From Eledone cirrhosa (taxonomy: Eukaryota): a stretch of 64,000 nucleotides of DNA. The first letter of the stretch is position 1, and every line of letters begins with the position of its first letter. This document shows, piece by piece, positions 20,801 through 35,800 of the stretch. The translations under genes and the position numbers were made by a program. The notes under the pieces were generated by a model. It was not told the DNA's origin, ran no database searches, and saw nothing but the letters and a program-made list of their open reading frames with translations. Location of the stretch: NCBI GenBank assembly GCA_964016885.1, contig OZ024752.1:22072001-22136000 (forward strand), read 5' to 3'.

Positions 20801-23800
20801 TGTGGTGGTGAACTACCAAAAACAGTGGACAGAAGGTAGAGTGTGGTGGTGATCTACCAAAAACAGTGGACAGAAGGTAGAGTGTGGTGGTGAACTACCA
20901 AAAACAGTGGACAGAAGGTAGAGTGTGGTGGTGAACTACCAAAAACAGTGGACAGAAGGTAGAGGGTGGTGGTGAACTACCAAAAACAGTGGACAGAAGG
21001 TAGAGTGTGGTGGTGAACTACCAAAAACAGTGGACAGAAGGTAGAGTGTGGTGGTGAACTACCAAAAACAGTGGACAGAAGGTAGAGGGTGGTGGTGAAC
21101 TACCAAAAACAGTGGACAGAAGGTAGAGTGTGGTGGTGAACTACCAAAAACACTGGACAGAAGGTAGAGTGTGGTGGTGAACTACCAAAAACAGTGGACA
21201 GAAGGTAGAGTGTGGTGGTGATCTACCAAAAACAGTGGACAGAAGGTAGAGTGTGGTGGTGATCTACCAAAAACAGTGGACAGAAGGCAGAGTGTGGTGG
21301 TGAACTACCAAAAACAGTGGACAGAAGGTAGAGTGTGGTGGTGAACTACCAAAAACAGTGGACAGAAGGTAGAGGGTGGTGGTGAACTACCAAAAACTGG
21401 ACAGAAGGCAGAGTGTGGTGGTGAACTACCAAAAACAGTGGACAGAAGGTAGAGGGTGGTGGTGAAGTACCAAAAACAGTGGACAGAAGGTAGAGGGTGG
21501 TGGTGAACTAGCAAAAACAGTGGACAGAAGGTAGAGGGTGGTGGTGAACTACCAAAAACAGTGGACAGAAGGTAGAGGGTGGTGGTGAACTACCAAAAAC
21601 AGTGGACAGAAGGTAGAGGGTGGTGGTGAACTACCAAAAACAGTGGACAGAAGGCAGAGTGTGGTGGTGAAGTACCAAAAACAGTGGACAGAAGGTAGAG
21701 GGTGGTGGTGAACTACCAAAAACTGGACAGAAGGCAGAGTGTGGTGGTGAAGTACCAAAAACAGTGGACAGAAGGTAGAGGGTGGTGGTGAACTACCAAA
21801 AAAAGTGGACAGAAGACAGAGGGTGGTGGTGAACTACCAAAAACAGTGGACAGAAGGTAGAGGGTGGTGGTGAACTACCAAAAACAGTGGACAGAAGGTA
21901 GAGGGTGGTGGTGAAGTACCAAAAACAGTGGACAGAAGGTAGAGGGTGGTGGTGAACTACCAAAAACAGTGGACAGAAGGTAGAGGGTGGTGGTGAACTA
22001 CCAAAAACTGGACAGAAGGTACAGTGTGGTGGTGAACTACCAAAAATAGTGGACAGAAGGTAGAGGGTGGTGGTGAACTACCAAAAACAGTGGACAGAAG
22101 ACAGAGGGTGGTGGTGAACTACCAAAAACAGTGAACAGAAGGTAGAGGGTGGTGGTGAACTACCAAAAACAGTGGACAGAAGGCAGAGGGTGATGGTGAA
22201 CTACCAAAAACAGTGGACAGAAGGTAGAGTGTGGTGGTGAACTACCAAAAACACTGGACAGAAGACAGAGGGTGGTGGTGAACTACCAAAAACAGTGGAC
22301 AGAAGGCAGAGTGTGGTGGTGAAATACCAATAACAGTGGACAGAAGACAGAGGGTGGTGGTGAACTACCAAAACCAGTGGACAGAAGGTAGAGGGTGGTG
22401 GTGAACTACCAAAAACTGGACAGAAGGTAGAGGGTGGTGGTGAACTACCAAAAACAGTGGACAGAAGGTAGAGGGTGGTGGTGAACTACCAAAAACAGTG
22501 GACAGAAGGTAGAGGGTGGTGGTGAACTACCAAAAACAGTGGACAGAAGGCAATGGGTGGTGGTGAACTACCAAAAACAGTGGACAGAAGGTACAGTGTG
22601 GTGGTGAACTACCAAAAACAGTGGACAGAAGGTAGAGTGTGGTGGTGAACTACCAAAAACAGTGGACAGAAGGTACAGTGTGGTGGTGAACTACCAAAAA
22701 CAGTGGACAGAAGGTACAGTGTGGTGGTGAACTAGCAAAAACAGTGGACAGAAGGTAGAGGGTGGTGGTGAACTACCAAAAACAGTGGACAGAAGGTAGA
22801 GGGTGGTGGTGAACTACCAAAAAAAGTGGACAGAAGGTAGAGGGTAGTGGTGAACTACCAAAAACAGTGGACAGAAGACAGAGGGTGGTGGTGAACTACC
22901 AAAAACAGTGGACAGAAGGCAGAGGGTGGTGGTGAACTACCAAAAACAGTGGACAGAAGGCAATGGGTGGTGGTGAACTACCAAAAACAGTGGACAGAAG
23001 GTACAGTGTGGTGGTGAACTACCAAAAACAGTGGACAGAAGGTAGAGTGTGGTGGTGATCTACCAAAAACAGTGGACAGAAGGTAGAGTGTGGTGGTGAA
23101 CTACCAAAAACAGTGGACAGAAGGTAGAGTGTGGTGGTGAACTACCAAAAACAGTGGACAGAAGGTAGAGGGTGGTGGTGAACTACCAAAAACTGGACAG
23201 AAGGCAGAGTGTGGTGGTGAAGTACCAAAAACAGTGGACAGAAGGTAGAGGGTGGTGGTGAACTACCAAAAAAAGTGGACAGAAGACAGAGGGTGGTGGT
23301 GAACTACCAAAAACAGTGGACAGAAGGCAGAGGGTGGTGGTGAACTACCAAAAACAGTGGACAGAAGGTAGAGGGTGGTGGTGAACTACCAAAAACAGTG
23401 GACAGAAGGTAGAGGGTGGTGGTGAACTACCAAAAACAGTGGACAGAAGGTAGAGGGTGGTGGTGAACTACCAAAAACAGTGGACAGAAGGCAGAGTGTG
23501 GTGGTGAAGTACCAAAAACAGTGGACAGAAGGTAGAGGGTGGTGGTGAACTACCAAAAACTGGACAGAAGGCAGAGTGTGGTGGTGAAGTACCAAAAACA
23601 GTGGACAGAAGGTAGAGGGTGGTGGTGAAGTACCAAAAACAGTGGACAGAAGGTAGAGTGTGGTGGTGAACTACCAAAAACAGTGGACAGAAGGTAGAGT
23701 GTGGTGGTGATCTACCAAAAACAGTGGACAGAAGGTAGAGTGTGGTGGTGATCTACCAAAAACAGTGGACAGAAGGCAGAGTGTGGTGGTGAACTACCAA

Positions 23801-26800
23801 AAACAGTGGACAGAAGGTAGAGTGTGGTGGTGAACTACCAAAAACAGTGGACAGAAGGTAGAGGGTGGTGGTGAACTACCAAAAACTGGACAGAAGGCAG
23901 AGTGTGGTGGTGAACTACCAAAAACAGTGGACAGAAGGTAGAGTGTGGTGGTGATCTACCAAAAACAGTGGACAGAAGGTAGAGTGTGGTGGTGAACTAC
24001 CAAAAACAGTGGACAGAAGGTAGAGTGTGGTGGTGAACTACCAAAAACAGTGGACAGAAGGTAGAGGGTGGTGGTGAACTACCAAAAACTGGACAGAAGG
24101 CAGAGTGTGGTGGTGAAGTACCAAAAACAGTGGACAGAAGGTAGAGTGTGGTGGTGAACTACCAAAAACAGTGGACAGAAGGTAGAGGGTGGTGGTGAAC
24201 TACCAAAAACAGTGGACAGAAGGTAGAGTGTGGTGGTGAACTACCAAAAACAGTGGACAGAAGGTAGAGGGTGGTGGTGAACTACCAAAAACAGTGGACA
24301 GAAGGTAGAGGGTGGTGGTGAACTACCAAAAACTGGACAGAAGGCAGAGTGTGGTGGTGAACTACCAAAAACAGTGGACAGAAGGTAGAGTGTGGTGGTG
24401 ATCTACCAAAAACAGTGGACAGAAGGTAGAGTGTGGTGGTGAACTACCAAAAACAGTGGACAGAAGGTAGAGTGTGGTGGTGAACTACCAAAAACAGTGG
24501 ACAGAAGGTAGAGGGTGGTGGTGAACTACCAAAAACAGTGGACAGAAGGTAGAGTGTGGTGGTGAACTACCAAAAACAGTGGACAGAAGGTAGAGTGTGG
24601 TGGTGAACTACCAAAAACAGTGGACAGAAGGTAGAGGGTGGTGGTGAACTACCAAAAACAGTGGACAGAAGGTAGAGTGTGGTGGTGAACTACCAAAAAC
24701 ACTGGACAGAAGGTAGAGTGTGGTGGTGAACTACCAAAAACAGTGGACAGAAGGTAGAGTGTGGTGGTGATCTACCAAAAACAGTGGACAGAAGGTAGAG
24801 TGTGGTGGTGATCTACCAAAAACAGTGGACAGAAGGCAGAGTGTGGTGGTGAACTACCAAAAACAGTGGACAGAAGGTAGAGTGTGGTGGTGAACTACCA
24901 AAAACAGTGGACAGAAGGTAGAGGGTGGTGGTGAACTACCAAAAACTGGACAGAAGGCAGAGTGTGGTGGTGAACTACCAAAAACAGTGGACAGAAGGTA
25001 GAGGGTGGTGGTGAAGTACCAAAAACAGTGGACAGAAGGTAGAGGGTGGTGGTGAACTAGCAAAAACAGTGGACAGAAGGTAGAGGGTGGTGGTGAACTA
25101 CCAAAAACAGTGGACAGAAGGTAGAGGGTGGTGGTGAACTACCAAAAACAGTGGACAGAAGGTAGAGGGTGGTGGTGAACTACCAAAAACAGTGGACAGA
25201 AGGCAGAGTGTGGTGGTGAAGTACCAAAAACAGTGGACAGAAGGTAGAGGGTGGTGGTGAACTACCAAAAACTGGACAGAAGGCAGAGTGTGGTGGTGAA
25301 GTACCAAAAACAGTGGACAGAAGGTAGAGGGTGGTGGTGAACTACCAAAAAAAGTGGACAGAAGACAGAGGGTGGTGGTGAACTACCAAAAACAGTGGAC
25401 AGAAGGTAGAGGGTGGTGGTGAACTACCAAAAACAGTGGACAGAAGGTAGAGGGTGGTGGTGAAGTACCAAAAACAGTGGACAGAAGGTAGAGGGTGGTG
25501 GTGAACTACCAAAAACAGTGGACAGAAGGTAGAGGGTGGTGGTGAACTACCAAAAACTGGACAGAAGGTACAGTGTGGTGGTGAACTACCAAAAATAGTG
25601 GACAGAAGGTAGAGGGTGGTGGTGAACTACCAAAAACAGTGGACAGAAGACAGAGGGTGGTGGTGAACTACCAAAAACAGTGAACAGAAGGTAGAGGGTG
25701 GTGGTGAACTACCAAAAACAGTGGACAGAAGGCAGAGGGTGATGGTGAACTACCAAAAACAGTGGACAGAAGGTAGAGTGTGGTGGTGAACTACCAAAAA
25801 CACTGGACAGAAGACAGAGGGTGGTGGTGAACTACCAAAAACAGTGGACAGAAGGCAGAGTGTGGTGGTGAAATACCAATAACAGTGGACAGAAGACAGA
25901 GGGTGGTGGTGAACTACCAAAACCAGTGGACAGAAGGTAGAGGGTGGTGGTGAACTACCAAAAACTGGACAGAAGGTAGAGGGTGGTGGTGAACTACCAA
26001 AAACAGTGGACAGAAGGTAGAGGGTGGTGGTGAACTACCAAAAACAGTGGACAGAAGGTAGAGGGTGGTGGTGAACTACCAAAAACAGTGGACAGAAGGC
26101 AATGGGTGGTGGTGAACTACCAAAAACAGTGGACAGAAGGTACAGTGTGGTGGTGAACTACCAAAAACAGTGGACAGAAGGTAGAGTGTGGTGGTGAACT
26201 ACCAAAAACAGTGGACAGAAGGTACAGTGTGGTGGTGAACTACCAAAAACAGTGGACAGAAGGTACAGTGTGGTGGTGAACTAGCAAAAACAGTGGACAG
26301 AAGGTAGAGGGTGGTGGTGAACTACCAAAAACAGTGGACAGAAGGTAGAGGGTGGTGGTGAACTACCAAAAAAAGTGGACAGAAGGTAGAGGGTAGTGGT
26401 GAACTACCAAAAACAGTGGACAGAAGACAGAGGGTGGTGGTGAACTACCAAAAACAGTGGACAGAAGGCAGAGGGTGGTGGTGAACTACCAAAAACAGTG
26501 GACAGAAGGCAATGGGTGGTGGTGAACTACCAAAAACAGTGGACAGAAGGTACAGTGTGGTGGTGAACTACCAAAAACAGTGGACAGAAGGTAGAGTGTG
26601 GTGGTGATCTACCAAAAACAGTGGACAGAAGGTAGAGTGTGGTGGTGAACTACCAAAAACAGTGGACAGAAGGTAGAGTGTGGTGGTGAACTACCAAAAA
26701 CAGTGGACAGAAGGTAGAGGGTGGTGGTGAACTACCAAAAACTGGACAGAAGGCAGAGTGTGGTGGTGAAGTACCAAAAACAGTGGACAGAAGGTAGAGG

Positions 26801-29800
26801 GTGGTGGTGAACTACCAAAAAAAGTGGACAGAAGACAGAGGGTGGTGGTGAACTACCAAAAACAGTGGACAGAAGGCAGAGGGTGGTGGTGAACTACCAA
26901 AAACAGTGGACAGAAGGTAGAGGGTGGTGGTGAACTACCAAAAACAGTGGACAGAAGGTAGAGGGTGGTGGTGAACTACCAAAAACAGTGGACAGAAGGT
27001 AGAGGGTGGTGGTGAACTACCAAAAACAGTGGACAGAAGGCAGAGTGTGGTGGTGAAGTACCAAAAACAGTGGACAGAAGGTAGAGGGTGGTGGTGAACT
27101 ACCAAAAACTGGACAGAAGGCAGAGTGTGGTGGTGAAGTACCAAAAACAGTGGACAGAAGGTAGAGGGTGGTGGTGAACTACCAAAAACAGTGGACAGAA
27201 GGTAGAGTGTGGTGGTGAAGTACCAAAAACAGTGGACAGAAGGTAGAGGGTGGTGGTGAACTACCAAAAAAAGTGGACAGAAGACAGAGGGTGGTGGTGA
27301 ACTACCAAAAACAGTGGACAGAAGACAGGGTGGTGGTGAACTACCAAAAACAGTGGACAGAAGGTAGAGGGTGGTGGTGAACTACCAAAAACAGTGGACA
27401 GAAGGTAGAGGGTGATGGTGAACTACCAAAAACTGGACAGAAGGTACAGTGTGGTGGTGAACTACCAAAAACAGTGGACAGAAGGTAGAGGGTGGTGGTG
27501 AACTACCAAAAACAGTGGACAGAAGACAGAGGGTGGTGGTGAAGTACCAAAAACAGTGGACAGAAGGTAGAGGGTGGTGGTGAACTACCAAAAAAAGTGG
27601 ACAGAAGACAGAGGGTGGTGGTGAACTACCAAAAACAGTGGACAGAAGGTAGAGGGTGGTGGTGAACTACCAAAAACAGTGGACAGAAGGTAGAGGGTGG
27701 TGGTGAAGTACCAAAAACAGTGGACAGAAGGTAGAGGGTGGTGGTGAACTACCAAAAACAGTGGACAGAAGGTAGAGGGTGGTGGTGAACTACCAAAAAC
27801 TGGACAGAAGGTACAGTGTGGTGGTGAACTACCAAAAATAGTGGACAGAAGGTAGAGGGTGGTGGTGAACTACCAAAAACAGTGGACAGAAGACAGAGGG
27901 TGGTGGTGAACTACCAAAAACAGTGAACAGAAGGTAGAGGGTGGTGGTGAACTACCAAAAACAGTGGACAGAAGGCAGAGGGTGATGGTGAACTACCAAA
28001 AACAGTGGACAGAAGGTAGAGTGTGGTGGTGAACTACCAAAAACACTGGACAGAAGACAGAGGGTGGTGGTGAACTACCAAAAACAGTGGACAGAAGGCA
28101 GAGTGTGGTGGTGAAATACCAATAACAGTGGACAGAAGACAGAGGGTGGTGGTGAACTACCAAAACCAGTGGACAGAAGACAGAGGGTGGTGGTGAACTA
28201 CCAAAAACTGGACAGAAGGTAGAGGGTGGTGGTGAACTACCAAAAACAGTGGACAGAAGGTAGAGGGTGGTGGTGAACTACCAAAAACAGTGGACAGAAG
28301 GTAGAGGGTGGTGGTGAACTACCAAAAACAGTGGACAGAAGGCAATGGGTGGTGGTGAACTACCAAAAACAGTGGACAGAAGGTACAGTGTGGTGGTGAA
28401 CTACCAAAAACAGTGGACAGAAGGTAGAGTGTGGTGGTGAACTACCAAAAACAGTGGACAGAAGGTACAGTGTGGTGGTGAACTACCAAAAACAGTGGAC
28501 AGAAGGTACAGTGTGGTGGTGAACTAGCAAAAACAGTGGACAGAAGGTAGAGGGTGGTGGTGAACTACCAAAAACAGTGGACAGAAGGTAGAGGGTGGTG
28601 GTGAACTACCAAAAAAAGTGGACAGAAGGTAGAGGGTAGTGGTGAACTACCAAAAACAGTGGACAGAAGACAGAGGGTGGTGGTGAACTACCAAAAACAG
28701 TGGACAGAGGGTGGTGGTGAACTACCAAAAACAGTGGACAGAAGGCAATGGGTGGTGGTGAACTACCAAAAACAGTGGACAGAAGGTACAGTGTGGTGGT
28801 GAACTACCAAAAACAGTGGACAGAAGGTAGAGTGTGGTGGTGATCTACCAAAAACAGTGGACAGAAGGTAGAGTGTGGTGGTGAACTACCAAAAACAGTG
28901 GACAGAAGGTAGAGTGTGGTGGTGAACTACCAAAAACAGTGGACAGAAGGTAGAGGGTGGTGGTGAACTACCAAAAACTGGACAGAAGGCAGAGTGTGGT
29001 GGTGAAGTACCAAAAACAGTGGACAGAAGGTAGAGGGTGGTGGTGAACTACCAAAAAAAGTGGACAGAAGACAGAGGGTGGTGGTGAACTACCAAAAACA
29101 GTGGACAGAAGGCAGAGGGTGGTGGTGAACTACCAAAAACAGTGGACAGAAGGTAGAGGGTGGTGGTGAACTACCAAAAACAGTGGACAGAAGGTAGAGG
29201 GTGGTGGTGAACTACCAAAAACAGTGGACAGAAGGTAGAGGGTGGTGGTGAACTACCAAAAACAGTGGACAGAAGGCAGAGTGTGGTGGTGAAGTACCAA
29301 AAACAGTGGACAGAAGGTAGAGGGTGGTGGTGAACTACCAAAAACTGGACAGAAGGCAGAGTGTGGTGGTGAAGTACCAAAAACAGTGGACAGAAGGTAG
29401 AGGGTGGTGGTGAACTACCAAAAACAGTGGACAGAAGGTAGAGTGTGGTGGTGAAGTACCAAAAACAGTGGACAGAAGGTAGAGGGTGGTGGTGAACTAC
29501 CAAAAAAAGTGGACAGAAGACAGAGGGTGGTGGTGAACTACCAAAAACAGTGGACAGAAGACAGGGTGGTGGTGAACTACCAAAAACAGTGGACAGAAGG
29601 TAGAGGGTGGTGGTGAACTACCAAAAACAGTGGACAGAAGGTAGAGGGTGATGGTGAACTACCAAAAACTGGACAGAAGGTACAGTGTGGTGGTGAACTA
29701 CCAAAAACAGTGGACAGAAGGTAGAGGGTGGTGGTGAACTACCAAAAACAGTGGACAGAAGACAGAGGGTGGTGGTGAACTACCAAAAACAGTGAACAGA

Positions 29801-32800
29801 AGGTAGAGGGTGGTGGTGAAGTACCAAAAACAGTGGACAGAAGGCAGAGGGTGATGGTGAACTACCAAAAACAGTGGACAGAAGGTAGAGGGTGGTGGTG
29901 AACTACCAAAAACAGTGGACAGAAGGTAGAGGGTGGTGGTGAACTACCAAAAACAGTGGACAGAAGGCAATGGGTGGTGGTGAACTACCAAAAACAGTGG
30001 ACAGAAGGTACAGTGTGGTGGTGAACTACCAAAAACAGTGGACAGAAGGTAGAGTGTGGTGGTGAACTACCAAAAACAGTGGACAGAAGGTACAGTGTGG
30101 TGGTGAACTACCAAAAACAGTGGACAGAAGGTACAGTGTGGTGGTGAACTACCAAAAACAGTGGACAGAAGGTAGAGGGTGGTGGTGAACTACCAAAAAC
30201 AGTGGACAGAAGGTAGAGGGTGGTGGTGAACTACCAAAAACAGTGGACAGAAGGTAGAGGGTGGTGGTGAACTACCAAAAACAGTGGACAGAAGGCAGAG
30301 GGTGGTGGTGAACTACCAAAAACAGTGGACAGAAGGCAATGGGTGGTGGTGAACTACCAAAAACAGTGGACAGAAGGTACAGTGTGGTGGTGAACTACCA
30401 AAAACAGTGGACAGAAGGTAGAGTGTGGTGGTGATCTACCAAAAACAGTGGACAGAAGGTAGAGTGTGGTGGTGAACTACCAAAAACAGTGGACAGAAGG
30501 TAGAGTGTGGTGGTGAACTACCAAAAACAGTGGACAGAAGGTAGAGGGTGGTGGTGAACTACCAAAAACAGTGGACAGAAGGCAGAGTGTGGTGGTGAAG
30601 TACCAAAAACAGTGGACAGAAGGTAGAGGGTGGTGGTGAACTACCAAAAACTGGACAGAAGGCAGAGTGTGGTGGTGAAGTACCAAAAACAGTGGACAGA
30701 AGGTAGAGGGTGGTGGTGAACTACCAAAAAAAGTGGACAGAAGACAGAGGGTGGTGGTGAACTACCAAAAACAGTGGACAGAAGGCAGAGGGTGGTGGTG
30801 AACTACCAAAAACAGTGGACAGAAGGTAGAGGGTGGTGGTGAACTACCAAAAAAAGTGGACAGAAGGTAGAGGGTGGTGGTGAACTACCAAAAAAAGTGG
30901 ACAGAAGACAGAGGGTGGTGGTGAAGTACCAAAAACAGTGGACAGAAGGTAGAGGGTGGTGGTGAACTACCAAAAACAGTGGACAGAAGGTAGAGGGTGG
31001 TGGTGAACTACCAAAAACAGTGGACAGAAGGTAGAGGGTGGTGCTGAACTACCAAAAACAGTGGACAGAAGGCAGAGTGTGGTGGTGAAGTACCAAAAAC
31101 AGTGGACAGAAGGTAGAGGGTGGTGGTGAAGTACCAAAAACAGTGGACAGAAGGTAGAGGGTGGTGGTGAACTACCAAAAAAAGTGGACAGAAGACAGAG
31201 GGTGGTGGTGAACTACCAAAAACAGTGGACAGAAGGTAGAGGGTGGTGGTGAACTACCAAAAACAGTGGACAGAAGGTAGAGGGTGGTGGTGAAGTACCA
31301 AAAACAGTGGACAGAAGGTAGAGGGTGGTGGTGAACTACCAAAAACAGTGGACAGAAGGTAGAGGGTGGTGGTGAAGTACCAAAAACAGTGGACAGAAGG
31401 TAGAGGGTGGTGGTGAACTACCAAAAACTGGACAGAAGGTACAGTGTGGTGGTGAACTACCAAAAACAGTGGACAGAAGGTAGAGGGTGGTGGTGAACTA
31501 CCAAAAACAGTGGACAGAAGACAGAGGGTGGTGGTGAACTACCAAAAACAGTGAACAGAAGGTAGAGGGTGGTGGTGAAGTACCAAAAACAGTGGACAGA
31601 AGGCAGAGGGTGATGGTGAACTACCAAAAACAGTGGACAGAAGGTAGAGGGTGGTGGTGAACTACCAAAAACAGTGGACAGAAGGTAGAGGGTGGTGGTG
31701 AACTACCAAAAACAGTGGACAGAAGGCAATGGGTGGTGGTGAACTACCAAAAACAGTGGACAGAAGGTACAGTGTGGTGGTGAACTACCAAAAACAGTGG
31801 ACAGAAGGTAGAGTGTGGTGGTGAACTACCAAAAACAGTGGACAGAAGGTACAGTGTGGTGGTGAACTACCAAAAACAGTGGACAGAAGGTACAGTGTGG
31901 TGGTGAACTACCAAAAACAGTGGACAGAAGGTAGAGGGTGGTGGTGAACTACCAAAAACAGTGGACAGAAGGTAGAGGGTGGTGGTGAACTACCAAAAAC
32001 AGTGGACAGAAGGTAGAGGGTGGTGGTGAACTACCAAAAACAGTGGACAGAATGTAGAGGGTGGTGGTGAACTACCAAAAACAGTGGACAGAAGGTAGAG
32101 GGTGGTGGTGAACTACCAAAAACAGTGGACAGAAGGCAGAGGGTGGTGGTGAACTACCAAAAACTGGACAGAAGGCAGAGTGTGGTGGTGAAGTACCAAA
32201 AACAGTGGACAGAAGGTAGAGGGTGGTGGTGAACTACCAAAAAAAGTGGACAGAAGACAGAGGGTGGTGGTGAACTACCAAAAACAGTGGACAGAAGGCA
32301 GAGGGTGGTGGTGAACTACCAAAAACAGTGGACAGAAGGTAGAGGGTGGTGGTGAACTACCAAAAACAGTGGACAGAAGGTAGAGGGTGGTGGTGAACTA
32401 CCAAAAACAGTGGACAGAAGGTAGAGGGTGGTGGTGAACTACCAAAAACAGTGGACAGAAGGCAGAGTGTGGTGGTGAAGTACCAAAAACAGTGGACAGA
32501 AGGTAGAGGGTGGTGGTGAAGTACCAAAAACAGTGGACAGAAGGTAGAGGGTGGTGGTGAACTACCAAAAAAAGTGGACAGAAGACAGAGGGTGGTGGTG
32601 AACTACCAAAAACAGTGGACAGAAGGTAGAGGGTGGTGGTGAACTACCAAAAACAGTGGACAGAAGGTAGAGGGTGGTGGTGAAGTACCAAAAACAGTGG
32701 ACAGAAGGTAGAGGGTGGTGGTGAAGTACCAAAAACAGTGGACAGAAGGTAGAGGGTGGTGGTGAAGTACCAAAAACAGTGGACAGAAGGTAGAGGGTGG

Positions 32801-35800
32801 TGGTGAACTACCAAAAACTGGACAGAAGGTACAGTGTGGTGGTGAACTACCAAAAACAGTGGACAGAAGGTAGAGGGTGGTGGTGAACTACCAAAAACAG
32901 TGGACAGAAGACAGAGGGTGGTGGTGAACTACCAAAAACAGTGAACAGAAGGTAGAGGGTGGTGGTGAAGTACCAAAAACAGTGGACAGAAGGCAGAGGG
33001 TGATGGTGAACTACCAAAAACAGTGGACAGAAGGTAGAGGGTGGTGGTGAACTACCAAAAACAGTGGACAGAAGGTAGAGGGTGGTGGTGAACTACCAAA
33101 AACAGTGGACAGAAGGCAATGGGTGGTGGTGAACTACCAAAAACAGTGGACAGAAGGTACAGTGTGGTGGTGAACTACCAAAAACAGTGGACAGAAGGTA
33201 GAGTGTGGTGGTGAACTACCAAAAACAGTGGACAGAAGGTACAGTGTGGTGGTGAACTACCAAAAACAGTGGACAGAAGGTACAGTGTGGTGGTGAACTA
33301 CCAAAAACAGTGGACAGAAGGTAGAGGGTGGTGGTGAACTACCAAAAACAGTGGACAGAAGGTAGAGGGTGGTGGTGAACTACCAAAAACAGTGGACAGA
33401 AGGTAGAGGGTGGTGGTGAACTACCAAAAACAGTGGACAGAAGACAGAGGGTGGTGGTGAACTACCAAAAACAGTGGACAGAAGGCAGAGGGTGGTGGTG
33501 AACTACCAAAAACAGTGGACAGAAGGCAATGGGTGGTGGTGAACTACCAAAAACAGTGGACAGAAGGTACAGTGTGGTGGTGAACTACCAAAAACAGTGG
33601 ACAGAAGGTAGAGTGTGGTGGTGATCTACCAAAAACAGTGGACAGAAGGTAGAGTGTGGTGGTGAACTACCAAAAACAGTGGACAGAAGGTAGAGTGTGG
33701 TGGTGAACTACCAAAAACAGTGGACAGAAGGTAGAGGGTGGTGGTGAACTACCAAAAACAGTGGACAGAAGGTAGAGGGTGGTGGTGAACTACCAAAAAC
33801 TGGACAGAAGGCAGAGTGTGGTGGTGAAGTACCAAAAACAGTGGACAGAAGGTAGAGGGTGGTGGTGAACTACTAAAAAAAGTGGACAGAAGACAGAGGG
33901 TGGTGGTGAACTACCAAAAACAGTGGACAGAAGGTAGAGGGTGGTGGTGAACTACCAAAAACAGTGGACAGAAGGTAGAGTGTGGTGGTGAAGTACCAAA
34001 AACAGTGGACAGAAGGTAGAGGGTGGTGGTGAACTACCAAAAACTGGACAGAAGGTACAGTGTGGTGGTGAAGTACCAAAAACAGTGGACAGAAGGCAGA
34101 GGGTGGTGGTGAACTACTAAAAAAAGTGGACAGAAGACAGAGGGTGGTGGTGAACTACCAAAAACAGTGGACAGAAGGCAGAGGGTGGTGGTGAACTACC
34201 AAAAACAGTGGACAGAAGGTAGAGGGTGGTGGTGAACTACCAAAAACAGTGGACAGAAGGTAGAGGGTGGTGGTGAACTACCAAAAACTGGACAGAAGGC
34301 AGAGTGTGGTGGTGAAGTACCAAAAACAGTGGACAGAAGGTAGAGGGTGGTGGTGATCTACCAAAAAAAGTGGACAGAAGACAGAGGGTGGTGGTGAACT
34401 ACCAAAAACAGTGGACAGAAGGCAGAGGGTGGTGGTGAACTACCAAAAACAGTGGACAGAAGGTAGAGGGTGGTGGTGAACTACCAAAAACAGTGGACAG
34501 AAGGTAGAGGGTGGTGGTGAACTACCAAAAACAGTGGACAGAAGGTAGAGGGTGGTGGTGAACTACCAAAAACAGTGGACAGAAGGTAGAGGGTGGTGGT
34601 GAACTACCAAAAACAGTGGACAGAAGGCAGAGTGTGGTGGTGAAGTACCAAAAACAGTGGACAGAAGGTAGAGGGTGGTGGTGAACTACCAAAAACTGGA
34701 CAGAAGGCAGAGTGTGGTGGTGAAGTACCAAAAACAGTGGACAGAAGGCAGAGGGTGGTGGTGAACTACCAAAAACAGTGGACAGAAGGCAGAGTGTGGT
34801 GGTGAAGTACCAAAAACAGTGGACAGAAGGCCGAGTGTGGTGGTGAACTACTAAAAAAAGTGGACAGAAGACAGAGGGTGGTGGTGAACTACCAAAAACA
34901 GTGGACAGAAGGTAGAGGGTGGTGGTGAACTACCAAAAACAGTGGACAGAAGGTAGAGGGTGGTGGTGAAGTACCAACAACAGTGGACAGAAGGTAGAGT
35001 GTGGTGGTGAACTACCAAAAAAAGTGGACAGAAGACAGAGGGTGGTGGTGAACTACTAAAAAAAGTGGACAGAAGACAGAGGGTGGTGGTGAACTACCAA
35101 AAACAGTGGACAGAAGGTAGAGGGTGGTGGTGAACTACCAAAAACAGTGGACAGAAGGTAGAGGGTGGTGGTGAAGTACCAAAAACAGTGGACAGAAGGT
35201 AGAGGGTGGTGGTGAACTACCAAAAACAGTGGACAGAAGGTAGAGGGTGGTGGTGAACTACCAAAAACTGGACAGAAGGTACAGTGTGGTGGTGAACTAC
35301 CAAAAATAGTGGACAGAAGGTAGAGGGTGGTGGTGAACTACCAAAAACAGTGGACAGAAGACAGAGGGTGGTGGTGAACTACCAAAAACAGTGAACAGAA
35401 GGTAGAGGGTGGTGGTGAACTACCAAAAACAGTGGACAGAAGGCAGAGGGTGATGGTGAACTACCAAAAACAGTGGACAGAAGGTAGAGTGTGGTGGTGA
35501 ACTACCAAAAACACTGGACAGAAGACAGAGGGTGGTGGTGAACTACCAAAAACAGTGGACAGAAGGCAGAGTGTGGTGGTGAACTACCAAAAACAGTGGA
35601 CAGAAGGCAGAGTGTGGTGGTGAAATACCAATAACAGTGGACAGAAGACAGAGGGTGGTGGTGAACTACCAAAACCAGTGGACAGAAGGTAGAGGGTCGT
35701 GGTGAACTACCAAAAACTGGACAGAAGGTAGAGGGTGGTGGTGAACTACCAAAAACAGTGGACAGAAGGTAGAGGGTGGTGGTGAAGTACCAAAAACAGT

